Positions 26,908-35,802 of a DNA stretch of 64,000 nt are shown one piece after another. The stretch spans positions 4,203,267 through 4,267,266 of the forward strand of contig OZ245758.1 of NCBI GenBank assembly GCA_965227405.1. Direction: 5' to 3'. Positions within the stretch are counted from its first letter, which is position 1. The number at the start of each line of letters is the position of its first letter. The notes under the pieces are model-generated. The model did no database searches. It saw nothing but the letters and a program-made list of their open reading frames with translations, and had not been told where the DNA came from. Origin of the DNA: Polyangiales bacterium. GTDB lineage: Bacteria; Myxococcota_A; Polyangia; Polyangiales; Houyiibacteriaceae. A program made the position numbers and the translations under genes.

Positions 26908-28767
26908 TCAGATGAGCAGAATCTCCTCCAAATCGAGGCCTGCCGGGTAGGCGTAGCTCGTGGTGATGCCCATTCCGTAGATGATCGCGCCGAAGGGATC
27001 GGCTCCGACCAGGCGGTGGGTTCCACCATTGATGGGCACGGTGCCGACTTCGCGGTCACCCACAGTCGTCCACGACGTGCTGATGCTCGAGCCGTCGTAC
27101 TGGATGTCCATGCCGATGGGTCGAACGATGAGCATGTAGCTCTGACCGTCGGTGCCAGTGTTGTACGACGAGGGCGCAACGAAGGTGTAGTCGCGTCGGT
27201 ACTGCTCGGACGGCGGAAGCACCACCATCGAGGGGTCGCCGCGATCGGCGTCCGTTTCGAGCTGACCCAAGAGGTACTGCGTGACCATCACACCTTGCGT
27301 GGCGTTCACGGAGAACGCGCTCGTGGCCTCGAACTCCTGCCACTGTCCGGTGTTGAGCGTCATGTTGGACGTTCCGGACTGCGGGGGATCGATCGTCACG
27401 CTCGTTCCATCAAAGGCGCCGGTGATGCGCACGATGTTTCGCTCTGCACCCGACGGGTCGAACATGGGCGCTGAGTGGAACACGGTTCCCCAGGTTTCGA
27501 GCGGCGGCATCTGCGCTTCGAGGTGGTCGCACGCCTGCGCCGAGTAGGGCACGTACGCACAGGTGTGTCCGCCGAACACGGCAACCGGGTGGTTGGCGGT
27601 GACGCGTGAACCGGTGAGATCGAACTCGGGCTCGTTGCAGAAAAAGCGACCCGACTCGTCTGTGGTGCGACCGGGGCGACCGGTGGTGCAGTCGGGGGGA
27701 GCAGCTGCGGCAATGATCGCAACCTCGCCGCGCTGAAGCGCAAAGCTGGCCACGCCACCGCGCGAGAGTGCCGGGATTCGACCGCCCGTGTCTCCGGCTG
27801 TTGCGGACGAGACCGAGACCGACACCTGTGTGGGTTCGGGCGTCACACCAACGATCGCGATCCAACCCGGGAACTTGCCGTAGGTCTCGCCGAAGAGGTC
27901 CGGATCCGCAATGGAAAGCGGGCTATAACTCGATCCGATGTAGTTGCCGGTGAACGAGTGGGCGGGCAACAAAAGGCTCGCGTCGTTGGAGAACGAGTAG
28001 TCCGGCATACCGAGAATGTCGGTCATTCCGTTGTCGTACTCGAAGGGGTTGAACTGCGTGACGGTGACGGGACGGTCGGCGAGCACGCGGTACGCACCGT
28101 TGGTGGTCACGAAGCTGTTCCAGGGCTCGGTGGAGATCGCGTCGGTCAAGCCGGTGATCCACGGAAGCACGATTTCGCTGAGGTCGTTGGGGTTCACAAC
28201 GGCCGATGCGACCTGGCTATCTCCGCGGAACACGCGGACGTTCGCCGCGACATCACCGGGGTTGGCCACAACGATGCGGAAGTCGTAGCGCGTTCCGAAA
28301 TCGAAGTTGGGAAGCGGAGCCGCCCAGTACTCGCAACCGACGTTGGAGCGCGACGACTCGGCAGCGCCGCAGGCGTCTTCGCAGAATCCACCAGCACCAC
28401 ATGCCGCGCTGTTTTCGGCGCAATCACGTGCGGTGACGAACCCCGAAGCGTCAGGCGCACACACCATCGAAACGGTGCCTTCACACCGACGCTCACCCGG
28501 GCTGCACGCCACACAACCCATCGTGGGATCGCAGGAGCCTTCGCACGTCATCTCCATTTCGCGGCTCATTCCGTCCGCGCCACAGAGGTAATAGATGTTC
28601 CCAAGACAGGACCACGCGCCGGGAGTGCATCCCGCGCCACCTGTATCGATGCTCGTATCCGTGCCGAGCGTGTCGGGGATCGCGGCATCGCGCATTGGGC
28701 GACGGTCGTCGTCGCCACACCCCACCAAAGAGAACAACATCAAGCCAATAAGAAAGCGTCCACGCAT
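26908..28767 (-). CDS. Cys-rich lipoprotein, possibly IgGFc-binding-protein N-terminal-like beta domain
   Basis: Lipobox LFSLVGCGDDD. The N-terminal ~120 aa are EGF-like and Cys-rich. These are followed by VGCEYWAAPLPNF...YDFRIVVANPG...VRVF, which resembles the bacterial IgGFc_binding domain. That family call is low confidence. Confidence 0.7.
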   Translation of the reverse strand: MRGRFLIGLMLFSLVGCGDDDRRPMRDAAIPDTLGTDTSIDTGGAGCTPGAWSCLGNIYYLCGADGMSREMEMTCEGSCDPTMGCVACSPGERRCEGTVSMVCAPDASGFVTARDCAENSAACGAGGFCEDACGAAESSRSNVGCEYWAAPLPNFDFGTRYDFRIVVANPGDVAANVRVFRGDSQVASAVVNPNDLSEIVLPWITGLTDAISTEPWNSFVTTNGAYRVLADRPVTVTQFNPFEYDNGMTDILGMPDYSFSNDASLLLPAHSFTGNYIGSSYSPLSIADPDLFGETYGKFPGWIAIVGVTPEPTQVSVSVSSATAGDTGGRIPALSRGGVASFALQRGEVAIIAAAAPPDCTTGRPGRTTDESGRFFCNEPEFDLTGSRVTANHPVAVFGGHTCAYVPYSAQACDHLEAQMPPLETWGTVFHSAPMFDPSGAERNIVRITGAFDGTSVTIDPPQSGTSNMTLNTGQWQEFEATSAFSVNATQGVMVTQYLLGQLETDADRGDPSMVVLPPSEQYRRDYTFVAPSSYNTGTDGQSYMLIVRPIGMDIQYDGSSISTSWTTVGDREVGTVPINGGTHRLVGADPFGAIIYGMGITTSYAYPAGLDLEEILLI

Positions 28768-28908
28768 GGACCGAACCTCCGTCCCGAGGCGCGCAAGCTA
28801 GTGGATCGTTCCCCTCTGTGCACGCCGACGAAATCCAGTATTGCTGCATTTTTTGTCGCGCGCCCAAAGTGGGGATGATGTGGCGGGTGTTCGAGCTAGA
28901 CTTCGAAC

Positions 28909-30009
28909 GTGCGCTTCTTGGCTTTGGTCATTCTGTGCGCTTGTGAGGCTTCGGGTCCAGGTCCCCACGATGCGGGAACGGAGCTGGATGGCCAGACAGA
29001 CGACGTCGGCTTGCCAGACACGCCGATCGATATGGGAGTCGCAGACAGTGCACTCGATGCTCCCGCAATCGAGGAGTGCGATGCGCCGCCCACCTGTGAT
29101 GTCGAGCTTCCGACCACGGAGGAGACCGATTGGCGGAACACCAGCACGCGCCTGACCACGGCCATGGGATCTCCTCGGCATCGTGGTCACGATCTTCATT
29201 TGCGCGCAGGTGAGGATGCGTGGGCGTTGGCGAAGTTCTCGTATGGAATCGCCGACGACGATCTCGAAGATGAAGACGTCGAGGTGTGGCTGCTCCGTAA
29301 CTGCGTGGGCACGTGGGAGCGGCTTGCCACGATCGTGACCACCGAGAGCGATGGCGACCATCCCGATGTGCTCGGAGCTATCGATGATGAGGGTTGGGTG
29401 TTCCATCGCATCGGACCGCTGCCCGAGGGACGTCATCGTGTGCACTTCATCGTGCGCGGTGATCTCTCTACCGCCGATCAATACATCGACGTGCTGGCTC
29501 CAAACGATCGTTTGGTGATGAGTGACGTCGACGGAACGCTGACCGAAGAGGAGGCCGCGGAGTTCGTCACGCTCTTGTCTGGTCCGAGTCCGGACGCTCA
29601 ACCTGGTTCGCCTGAGCTCTACTGGAGCTTCGTCCGTCGTGGTTACCGGATGTTCTACGTGAGTGCGCGCCCCCATTGGTTGGCGACTCGAACGCATGAA
29701 TGGTTGGCAGAACGCGGCTATCCACCCGGGATCGTGCGCGTGACGCAAACCGGAACGGGCATCTTTGGTTCGGCTGCCGTGGAGTTCAAAACCGGTGTGC
29801 TTGCCGACCTCGCGACACGCGTCGACATCATTCCCGAGTACGCGTTCGGGAACAAAGAGTCGGATGCCGAAGCATTTGAGGCGGCGTCTGTTCCCAATCG
29901 GATGCTTTACCAGATGGACGAGGGCGATCTCTTTGGTGGTCGGGCGTTCGACGACTACAGCGCGTTGAGCGACGAAGTCGAAGCTCTGCCCTTGCTCTGC
30001 GTCCCTTAG
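28909..30009 (+). CDS. lipoprotein with a C-terminal LNS2 (lipin/Ned1/Smp2)-type HAD phosphatase domain
   Basis: GTG 28909 gives (M)RFLALVILCAC. DxDxT motif VMSDVDGTLT, then YVSARPHWLATRTHEWL and AFGNKESD, in the order expected for the LNS2/HAD catalytic core. Confidence 0.7.
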   Translation: MRFLALVILCACEASGPGPHDAGTELDGQTDDVGLPDTPIDMGVADSALDAPAIEECDAPPTCDVELPTTEETDWRNTSTRLTTAMGSPRHRGHDLHLRAGEDAWALAKFSYGIADDDLEDEDVEVWLLRNCVGTWERLATIVTTESDGDHPDVLGAIDDEGWVFHRIGPLPEGRHRVHFIVRGDLSTADQYIDVLAPNDRLVMSDVDGTLTEEEAAEFVTLLSGPSPDAQPGSPELYWSFVRRGYRMFYVSARPHWLATRTHEWLAERGYPPGIVRVTQTGTGIFGSAAVEFKTGVLADLATRVDIIPEYAFGNKESDAEAFEAASVPNRMLYQMDEGDLFGGRAFDDYSALSDEVEALPLLCVP

Positions 30010-30011
30010 CC

Positions 30012-31853
30012 CTACCGATCCAACGTGAGCATGGTGACGACTCGCTCGACCGGTTGAGTCGGGTGCTCGCTGGTGCGCGGCGCCCGTTGCGGTTGGGCTG
30101 CCCGCGCAAGTTCTTGCGACCAGGCACCGAAGAGCTCGGAGGTTCGCAACGCAGTTTGGAACGCTTCGATGTCCGGACGATCGTCGGGATGCTTCGCGAG
30201 TCCGTTGAGAATGAGCGATTCGAGGTCGCTTGGAATTTCTGCACCGAGTCGCGTCGCTGGTGAAATCGGAGTGTCGGACACGTGCTGCCGGCAGATGTTC
30301 ATGGCCGACTTGCCTTCAAACACGTCGTGTCCAGTGACCAAGTAATACGCGATCGCTGCAAGTGCGTAGACATCGGTTTTAGCGACTACGTTTCCACCCG
30401 TGATCGTTTCAGGGGCCATGTACGCCGGTGTTCCCACGAGCTTGCCGGCGTCTTCGCCCACACGAAGCACGAGTCCAAAGTCGAGCACTTTAACCACATC
30501 GGCATAGCCACCACGTTCGCAGAGCATGATGTTTTCGGGCTTGAGGTCGCGGTGGATGAGCCCGGACTGATGGGCTTCGCGTAGTGCGTCAGCGATTTGT
30601 TCGAGCACATGAACTGCACGCGCAATCGGAAGTGGACCGCTGTCGATGACCACTTCGCGCAAGGTCGGTCCGTCTACAAGTTCCATCGCGTAGTAGAACA
30701 CTCCGTCGTCGGTCTTGCCGTAGTCGTAGATCGTGATCGTATTGGGATGGGTGAGTTCAGCGCAGTGCTGGACCTCGCGTTCGAACCGTTCAAGTGCTGC
30801 GGGTACACGCCGGTCGGGCGGGATCAACTTGATCGCTGTCGGTCGTCGCAGAAGCGCGTGCTGCGCTTCGTGCACCACACCCATTCCGCCTCGACCCAGT
30901 TCTCGACCCAACGTGTATGGGCCAAGCTGAGCGGCTTCGCGTAGCTTTGCGCGCGCCACTTGGATTGCGCGCACGGCGACCGCCGTTCCAATCAGTCCAA
31001 GAACGCCAAAGAGAAGCAGCAGAATGAGCGTTTCGCGTTCGTGCAGTTCGCGGGTCAGTTCCAAGACCGACGCGCGATCGGCCGAGTAGGCGACCGCGAT
31101 GTCATCGCGCCCTCGCACTCCGGTGTACGCGATCAGTCGCGTCGAGACATGGTCCCCATCGCGCCATTGGTAGCTCGCGGTACCGGTTTCGGCTCGACTC
31201 ATCGCTGCAAGCGTGGGCTCGATGCTGCGCTCGGTCTCAGGGTCGAGTTCTTCGAACGGACGTGAGCCGACATCGCTGGGTGTGGGTGCGCTAACGATAG
31301 TGCGGTACCGGTCCATGACCCACACGTACGCGTTGTGTGTTTGTCCGATCGACGCGAAGAGCTGCTCGTGAATGCCGCGCTGATCCAACAGCGCCGTGAC
31401 ATAGAGATCGTCGTGTCCACGAAGCGGTCGCGTGACCGAGAGCAAAGGCTTTGCAGCGCCGCCCTCGATCCAGGCGCGCTGCTCGGCCGGAGCGTTCGGT
31501 GGAACGGCCAACACCTCAGCGTTGCTGTCGTGCAAGAAGAGCAGCGTGGGAATCGAAGTGGGTGCGGCGGTCAGCCACGCACCATCGGCGCGCGGATCGT
31601 CTGTCTCAAGTTGCTCGAGATGACGACCCACGTTGGTCAGAACATCGGCAAGCCGCTCGCTGGCTTGTTGAGCCAGCAACGCTTGTTGAGTTTGGTACTC
31701 GCGTTCGGCGAGTTCATCGGCCGCGTCCGACAGGTGAGCCAGCGCGAAGTACACCGTCGCGGCCGCAGCGCCGAGCAAAGTGATCGAAGTGAGTGGAACG
31801 CGAAACGACCGAAACGTGGTTCGGAGCGTGGAGCGTCGTAGCGAGCTCGCCAC
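30012..31853 (-). CDS. Ser/Thr protein kinase with N-terminal periplasmic sensor domain flanked by two TM helices
   Basis: Hanks motifs GRGGMGVVHEA, AIK, HRDLKPENIM, DFGL and APE-like PAYMAPE in the C-terminal half. TM1 at residues ~20-40 and TM2 at ~280-300. Confidence 0.9.
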   Translation of the reverse strand: MASSLRRSTLRTTFRSFRVPLTSITLLGAAAATVYFALAHLSDAADELAEREYQTQQALLAQQASERLADVLTNVGRHLEQLETDDPRADGAWLTAAPTSIPTLLFLHDSNAEVLAVPPNAPAEQRAWIEGGAAKPLLSVTRPLRGHDDLYVTALLDQRGIHEQLFASIGQTHNAYVWVMDRYRTIVSAPTPSDVGSRPFEELDPETERSIEPTLAAMSRAETGTASYQWRDGDHVSTRLIAYTGVRGRDDIAVAYSADRASVLELTRELHERETLILLLLFGVLGLIGTAVAVRAIQVARAKLREAAQLGPYTLGRELGRGGMGVVHEAQHALLRRPTAIKLIPPDRRVPAALERFEREVQHCAELTHPNTITIYDYGKTDDGVFYYAMELVDGPTLREVVIDSGPLPIARAVHVLEQIADALREAHQSGLIHRDLKPENIMLCERGGYADVVKVLDFGLVLRVGEDAGKLVGTPAYMAPETITGGNVVAKTDVYALAAIAYYLVTGHDVFEGKSAMNICRQHVSDTPISPATRLGAEIPSDLESLILNGLAKHPDDRPDIEAFQTALRTSELFGAWSQELARAAQPQRAPRTSEHPTQPVERVVTMLTLDR

Positions 31854-31898
31854 CCTTGCTGTACGACGCAGAGCGCCAAGCGTTTCAGAACTTTTCGC

Positions 31899-33386
31899 TT
31901 ATTCGGCGGGCGTCCAGCGCAGGACGGGCTTTCGTGCGGCGCGCGTCTCATCCAACCGGCGAAGACGCGTCGTTTCCGGAGCTCGCTTGAAGCTCTCCGG
32001 GTCGTCCATGGCCTGTTGTCGGATCGCTTCCATGGCGTCGACAAACTCGTCCAGCGTCGCTTTGCTCTCGGTCTCTGTGGGCTCGATCAACATCGCGCCC
32101 TTCACCACGAGCGGGAAGTACACCGTGGGCGGGTGAAACCCGTAGTCCATGAGTCGCTTGGCGACGTCCATGGTGGTGACCTTGGACTCCTTGAGCTTCT
32201 TGTCGCTGATGATCAGCTCGTGCATGCAGGGACGATCCACGTAGGGCGCAAACCAGCTGTCCTTTAGACAGGCCAACAAGTAGTTGGCGTTGAGAACCGC
32301 CATCTCGGTCGCGCCCTTGAGTCCTTCGGCGCCCATCTCGCGCAGGTACGTGTACGCGCGCACCATCATGCCGAAGTTGCCGTGGAACGAACGCAAGCGA
32401 CCTACGGTGTTCGGGCGACCCTCGTAGTCGAGTTCGTACGAACCATCCTCGCGTTTCTCAACGACCGGCACGGGCGCGTAGGGATCGAGTTTGGCTTTGT
32501 AGCCCACCGGACCGCATCCAGGTCCGCCGCCACCGTGCGGCGTGGTGAACGTCTTGTGCAGGTTGAACTGCATAACGTCGATTCCGAGATCGCCCGGTCG
32601 CGCCCAACCCATCAACGCGTTGAGGTTGGCTCCGTCGCCGTAGACCAGACCGCCCTTTTCGTGGACGAGATCCGCGATCTTTTTGATCTCGCTCTCGAAG
32701 AGACCGACGGTGTTGGGGTTGGTCAGCATGACGCCGGCAACGTCATCGTCGACAAACGACGCGAGGGTCGAAGCTTCGACGATGCCCTGGTCGCCCGCCG
32801 GAAACGGAACGGCCTTGAGTCCGTTGAGCGCGCACGACGCGGGGTTGGTTCCGTGCGCTGTGTCGGGGATCAACACTTTCTTGGGATGACGACCCTGCGC
32901 GTGGTGATACGCGCGAATCATCATCAGACCTGTGTACTCACCCTGAGCACCTGCGGCCGGATGCAGCGACACGCGATCCATGCCGCAGACCTCCGCGAGG
33001 CCTTGCTCGAGCCGATACATCAACTCGAGCGCGCCTTGGATCAGGTGATCGGGCATCAGCGGGTGCAGACGCGCAAAGCCGGGAAGTCGCGCGGCCCACT
33101 CGTTGACCTTGGGGTTGTACTTCATCGTGCATGACCCAAGCGGGTACATGCCGAGGTCGATCGCGAAGTTTTGCTGGCTCAGTCGAACGTAGTGGCGGAA
33201 GGCCTCGGGTTCGCTGACTTCAGGCAGTGCAGGTGCAGTTTGGCGTCGGTAGCCCCCAAGGAGTGCATCGGCATCTGCAGCGGGCACATCCAAAGGCGGC
33301 AGTGAGGACCCACTCCGTCCGGGTGACCCTTGCTCAAAGAGGAGCTTGGTTGCGATTTTCTGACCACGCGCTGCAGAACCTGGCAC
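31899..33386 (-). CDS. gcvPB: glycine dehydrogenase (aminomethyl-transferring), subunit 2
   Basis: Full-length, colinear similarity to GcvPB: YPLGSCTMKYNP, DTAHGTNPAS, FNLHKTFTTPHGGGGPG (PLP-Lys region), HPPTVYFPLVV. Confidence 0.95.
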   Translation of the reverse strand: MPGSAARGQKIATKLLFEQGSPGRSGSSLPPLDVPAADADALLGGYRRQTAPALPEVSEPEAFRHYVRLSQQNFAIDLGMYPLGSCTMKYNPKVNEWAARLPGFARLHPLMPDHLIQGALELMYRLEQGLAEVCGMDRVSLHPAAGAQGEYTGLMMIRAYHHAQGRHPKKVLIPDTAHGTNPASCALNGLKAVPFPAGDQGIVEASTLASFVDDDVAGVMLTNPNTVGLFESEIKKIADLVHEKGGLVYGDGANLNALMGWARPGDLGIDVMQFNLHKTFTTPHGGGGPGCGPVGYKAKLDPYAPVPVVEKREDGSYELDYEGRPNTVGRLRSFHGNFGMMVRAYTYLREMGAEGLKGATEMAVLNANYLLACLKDSWFAPYVDRPCMHELIISDKKLKESKVTTMDVAKRLMDYGFHPPTVYFPLVVKGAMLIEPTETESKATLDEFVDAMEAIRQQAMDDPESFKRAPETTRLRRLDETRAARKPVLRWTPAE

Positions 33387-33467
33387 CCCGAACCGCCTTT
33401 CGTCTGGCGGGACGTTAGGGGCTCTACATCAGTGGCGCAACAACAACGAGTGCGGTATCCAGGCGCC

Positions 33468-34004
33468 GTGACTCGTCTGCTTCTAATCGCTCTTATTGGT
33501 GCATCTGGCTGCGGTGGCGCTGGCCCCTACGGCTACGCTCGCGAGTACGTGCCCTTGGGCGATGAGGAGTCGCACCTCGAGGCCGCCACGGGGATCTCCT
33601 ACGAGGAGGTACGTCGCGACCCCGTCGACTTCCAAAGCACCAAGCTCGGTTGGTTTGGTGTGGTGACCGAAGTCAACGTCGACAGCAGCGGTGCAGGCAC
33701 GATCACGATGACCTATCGCACCCTGAGCGCGCGCAATCTTTGTGACGACGAGCGCGATAGCTCCTGCCGCGTCACGGTCAGCGAACGCGCAGGTGGACCC
33801 TTCACCGCGCAGGTGCAGCTTCGCCAAAGCGAACTCGACGGACAAAAGAAGCTCTGGGTCGGTTCGCTGGTGAAAGTCTACGGCTCACCCACAGGCGAAC
33901 TCGACTCGGAGTCGGGCGGTCCCATTATCGCCGCCGACTTCCATCGGCATTGGCCGCGCGGCACCTACGTCACGACCGGCGCACGACGAAGCATGCGCCG
34001 TTAG
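33468..34004 (+). CDS. Slp-like outer-membrane lipoprotein
   Basis: GTG 33468 gives (M)TRLLLIALIGASGCGG. Downstream DPVDFQSTKLGWFGVV...GGPF...VKVYG...HWPRGTY resembles the Slp family pattern. Confidence 0.5.
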   Translation: MTRLLLIALIGASGCGGAGPYGYAREYVPLGDEESHLEAATGISYEEVRRDPVDFQSTKLGWFGVVTEVNVDSSGAGTITMTYRTLSARNLCDDERDSSCRVTVSERAGGPFTAQVQLRQSELDGQKKLWVGSLVKVYGSPTGELDSESGGPIIAADFHRHWPRGTYVTTGARRSMRR

Positions 34005-34007
34005 CCG

Positions 34008-34358
34008 TTACTCCGGCAGGCAAATGCCGTCGATGATCTCGCCCATGTACTCAGCATTGGCGCAGATGAAGTTGAACGGGCAATCGAAGTCCACATCGCA
34101 GCGCTCAAAGCACACGCGCTGTTCGACCGGGTCACCCACAAGCCCGAAGCAAGCGCCACCAAACGGGCAGTCCGCGTCGGTGTTGCAGTTGTCGGTGCAC
34201 ATCGCTCCGTCGCGGCCGACTTCGAACGCCACCGTGTAGCAGGTCAGTCCCGTCGCACAGTTGTCCGACCCACACGATTCGTAGAAACCGGGACGGTCAT
34301 CGGTGGTGAAACAACCGAAGGCAAAAAGGGCGAAGAGAACGGCAAGGAAATGACGCAT
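34008..34358 (-). CDS. small Cys-rich lipoprotein (paralog pair, copy 1)
   Basis: MRHFLAVLFALFAFGC lipobox. Shares the skeleton C-x-TDADC-x3-G-x-C...GDP...CFE-x-C...C...CLP with the neighbouring gene. Confidence 0.65.
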   Translation of the reverse strand: MRHFLAVLFALFAFGCFTTDDRPGFYESCGSDNCATGLTCYTVAFEVGRDGAMCTDNCNTDADCPFGGACFGLVGDPVEQRVCFERCDVDFDCPFNFICANAEYMGEIIDGICLPE

Positions 34359-34450
34359 GTGCGACCTCGGGAAAGACTCTAACGGTTAAACGCTCCATAC
34401 GCCGCTTTGTTCACGGGACTTCCCGCGCGGCGAAAAACGGGTGGATCCAC

Positions 34451-34783
34451 TCAGGGCAGGCACACGCGGTCGACCGAGGCGCCGTTGACGGGCGTGCACA
34501 CTTGGCCTTCAAAGCAGCTGTCTGGCGTGCACGTCTCGAAGCAAAGGAAGTTGGAGTCTGGATCGCCGGCGAGCGCCAAGCAGACACCATCGCGACAGTC
34601 TGCGTCGGTGGTGCATCGCTTCGAGCAGAAGTTCCCCTCGCGCTCACTGCCATCGCTACGACTGTAGAGCAGTTGGAAGCAGCCATCCCCGCCACATTTG
34701 TCTCCAGAGCTGCACGGCGAATAGAGCGGCTCGGACCCACACGCGATGATCCAAAGCATCGAAAGGGACACGAGAAGCTTCAC
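34451..34783 (-). CDS. small Cys-rich lipoprotein (paralog pair, copy 2)
   Basis: GTG 34783 gives (M)KLLVSLSMLWIIACG. Same Cys skeleton as 34008-34358. The long track extension to 35011 was rejected. Confidence 0.6.
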   Translation of the reverse strand: MKLLVSLSMLWIIACGSEPLYSPCSSGDKCGGDGCFQLLYSRSDGSEREGNFCSKRCTTDADCRDGVCLALAGDPDSNFLCFETCTPDSCFEGQVCTPVNGASVDRVCLP

Positions 34784-34847
34784 CCGCGGAGCATAGCGCA
34801 CCGTGTTTTGCTCGTCGGGCGACCCTCGACTATGGTCCCCGCGAATC

Positions 34848-35774
34848 GTGCCCGAACTCCTCGACCATAAATTCTTGTTCGTTGTGGGGAAGGGTGGCGT
34901 CGGAAAGACGACAGTCGCCGCAGCACTCGGTCTGGCGGCCGCACGTCGTGGGAAAAAGACGCTCATCGCGATGACCAATGTCCAGGAGCGTCTGAGCCAG
35001 CACTTGGACACTCCGCCGATCGGTCACCAAGTCGTCAACGTCACCGAGAATCTCGATGCGGTGAACATGACCCCCCGCGCTGCGCTCGAAGAGTACGGGA
35101 TGATGATCCTGAAGGTGCGCAGTCTGTACAAAGCGGTGTTCGAGAATCGCTTTGTGTCCGCGTTTCTTCGGGGCACGCCTGGGCTTGAAGCGTGGGCGAT
35201 GCTCGGCAAGGCGTACTACCACGCGGTCGGTCATGGTCCCGAAGCGAAGCGTGGCGAGTACGACTTGGTCTTGCTCGATGCCCCGGCCACCGGACACGGG
35301 TTGGATATGTTGCGCGTTCCGCAGGTCATCGTGGATGTTGCGCCTCCGGGTTTGCTTCGGCGGGAAGCCGAGCGCGCACTGGAACTCTTTAGGGATCCCA
35401 CTCGCGCCGGTGCAGTGCTGGTGACGCTTCCAGAAGACATGCCGACCAACGAGTCGATCGAACTCCATGCCGCCTTGACCGGTGAGCTACAGATGAGCGT
35501 TCCGGTGTTGGTGGTGAACCAAGTGTTGCCCAAGCTCTTCACAGCGGACGAGCGTGGACCGATCGCGGCGCTGCCTTCCGCGATCGGAGCGGACTCACCC
35601 GTTGCTTCGCTGGCGCGTGCAGGTCGTATTCGTTCGCTGCGCGAAGGCGTTCAAGAGGAGAGCCTGCGACGCCTCGCGGCGGAAATCGATGTTCCGCGCG
35701 TGACGCTTCCGCACCTCTTTGCGCCCGAGTTCAAGCGTTCGCACGTCGAGTCGCTCAGCGCTGCGTTCGGCTAA
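34848..35774 (+). CDS. ArsA/GET3-family P-loop ATPase
   Basis: Deviant Walker A VVGKGGVGKTTVAAALG and the switch region LLDAPATGHGLDML. Start is GTG 34848 or GTG 34803 (uncertain). Confidence 0.8.
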   Translation: MPELLDHKFLFVVGKGGVGKTTVAAALGLAAARRGKKTLIAMTNVQERLSQHLDTPPIGHQVVNVTENLDAVNMTPRAALEEYGMMILKVRSLYKAVFENRFVSAFLRGTPGLEAWAMLGKAYYHAVGHGPEAKRGEYDLVLLDAPATGHGLDMLRVPQVIVDVAPPGLLRREAERALELFRDPTRAGAVLVTLPEDMPTNESIELHAALTGELQMSVPVLVVNQVLPKLFTADERGPIAALPSAIGADSPVASLARAGRIRSLREGVQEESLRRLAAEIDVPRVTLPHLFAPEFKRSHVESLSAAFG

Positions 35775-35802
35775 CCGCTCCGAGATCGGATACGCTAAAG
35801 CG

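Noticed and set aside
33387-33467. Glycine riboswitch upstream of gcvPB
   Set aside because: The gap is only ~80 nt, and I could not find the conserved GGAGA...CACCG...ACCGAAGGGGCAA-type cores on the minus strand.
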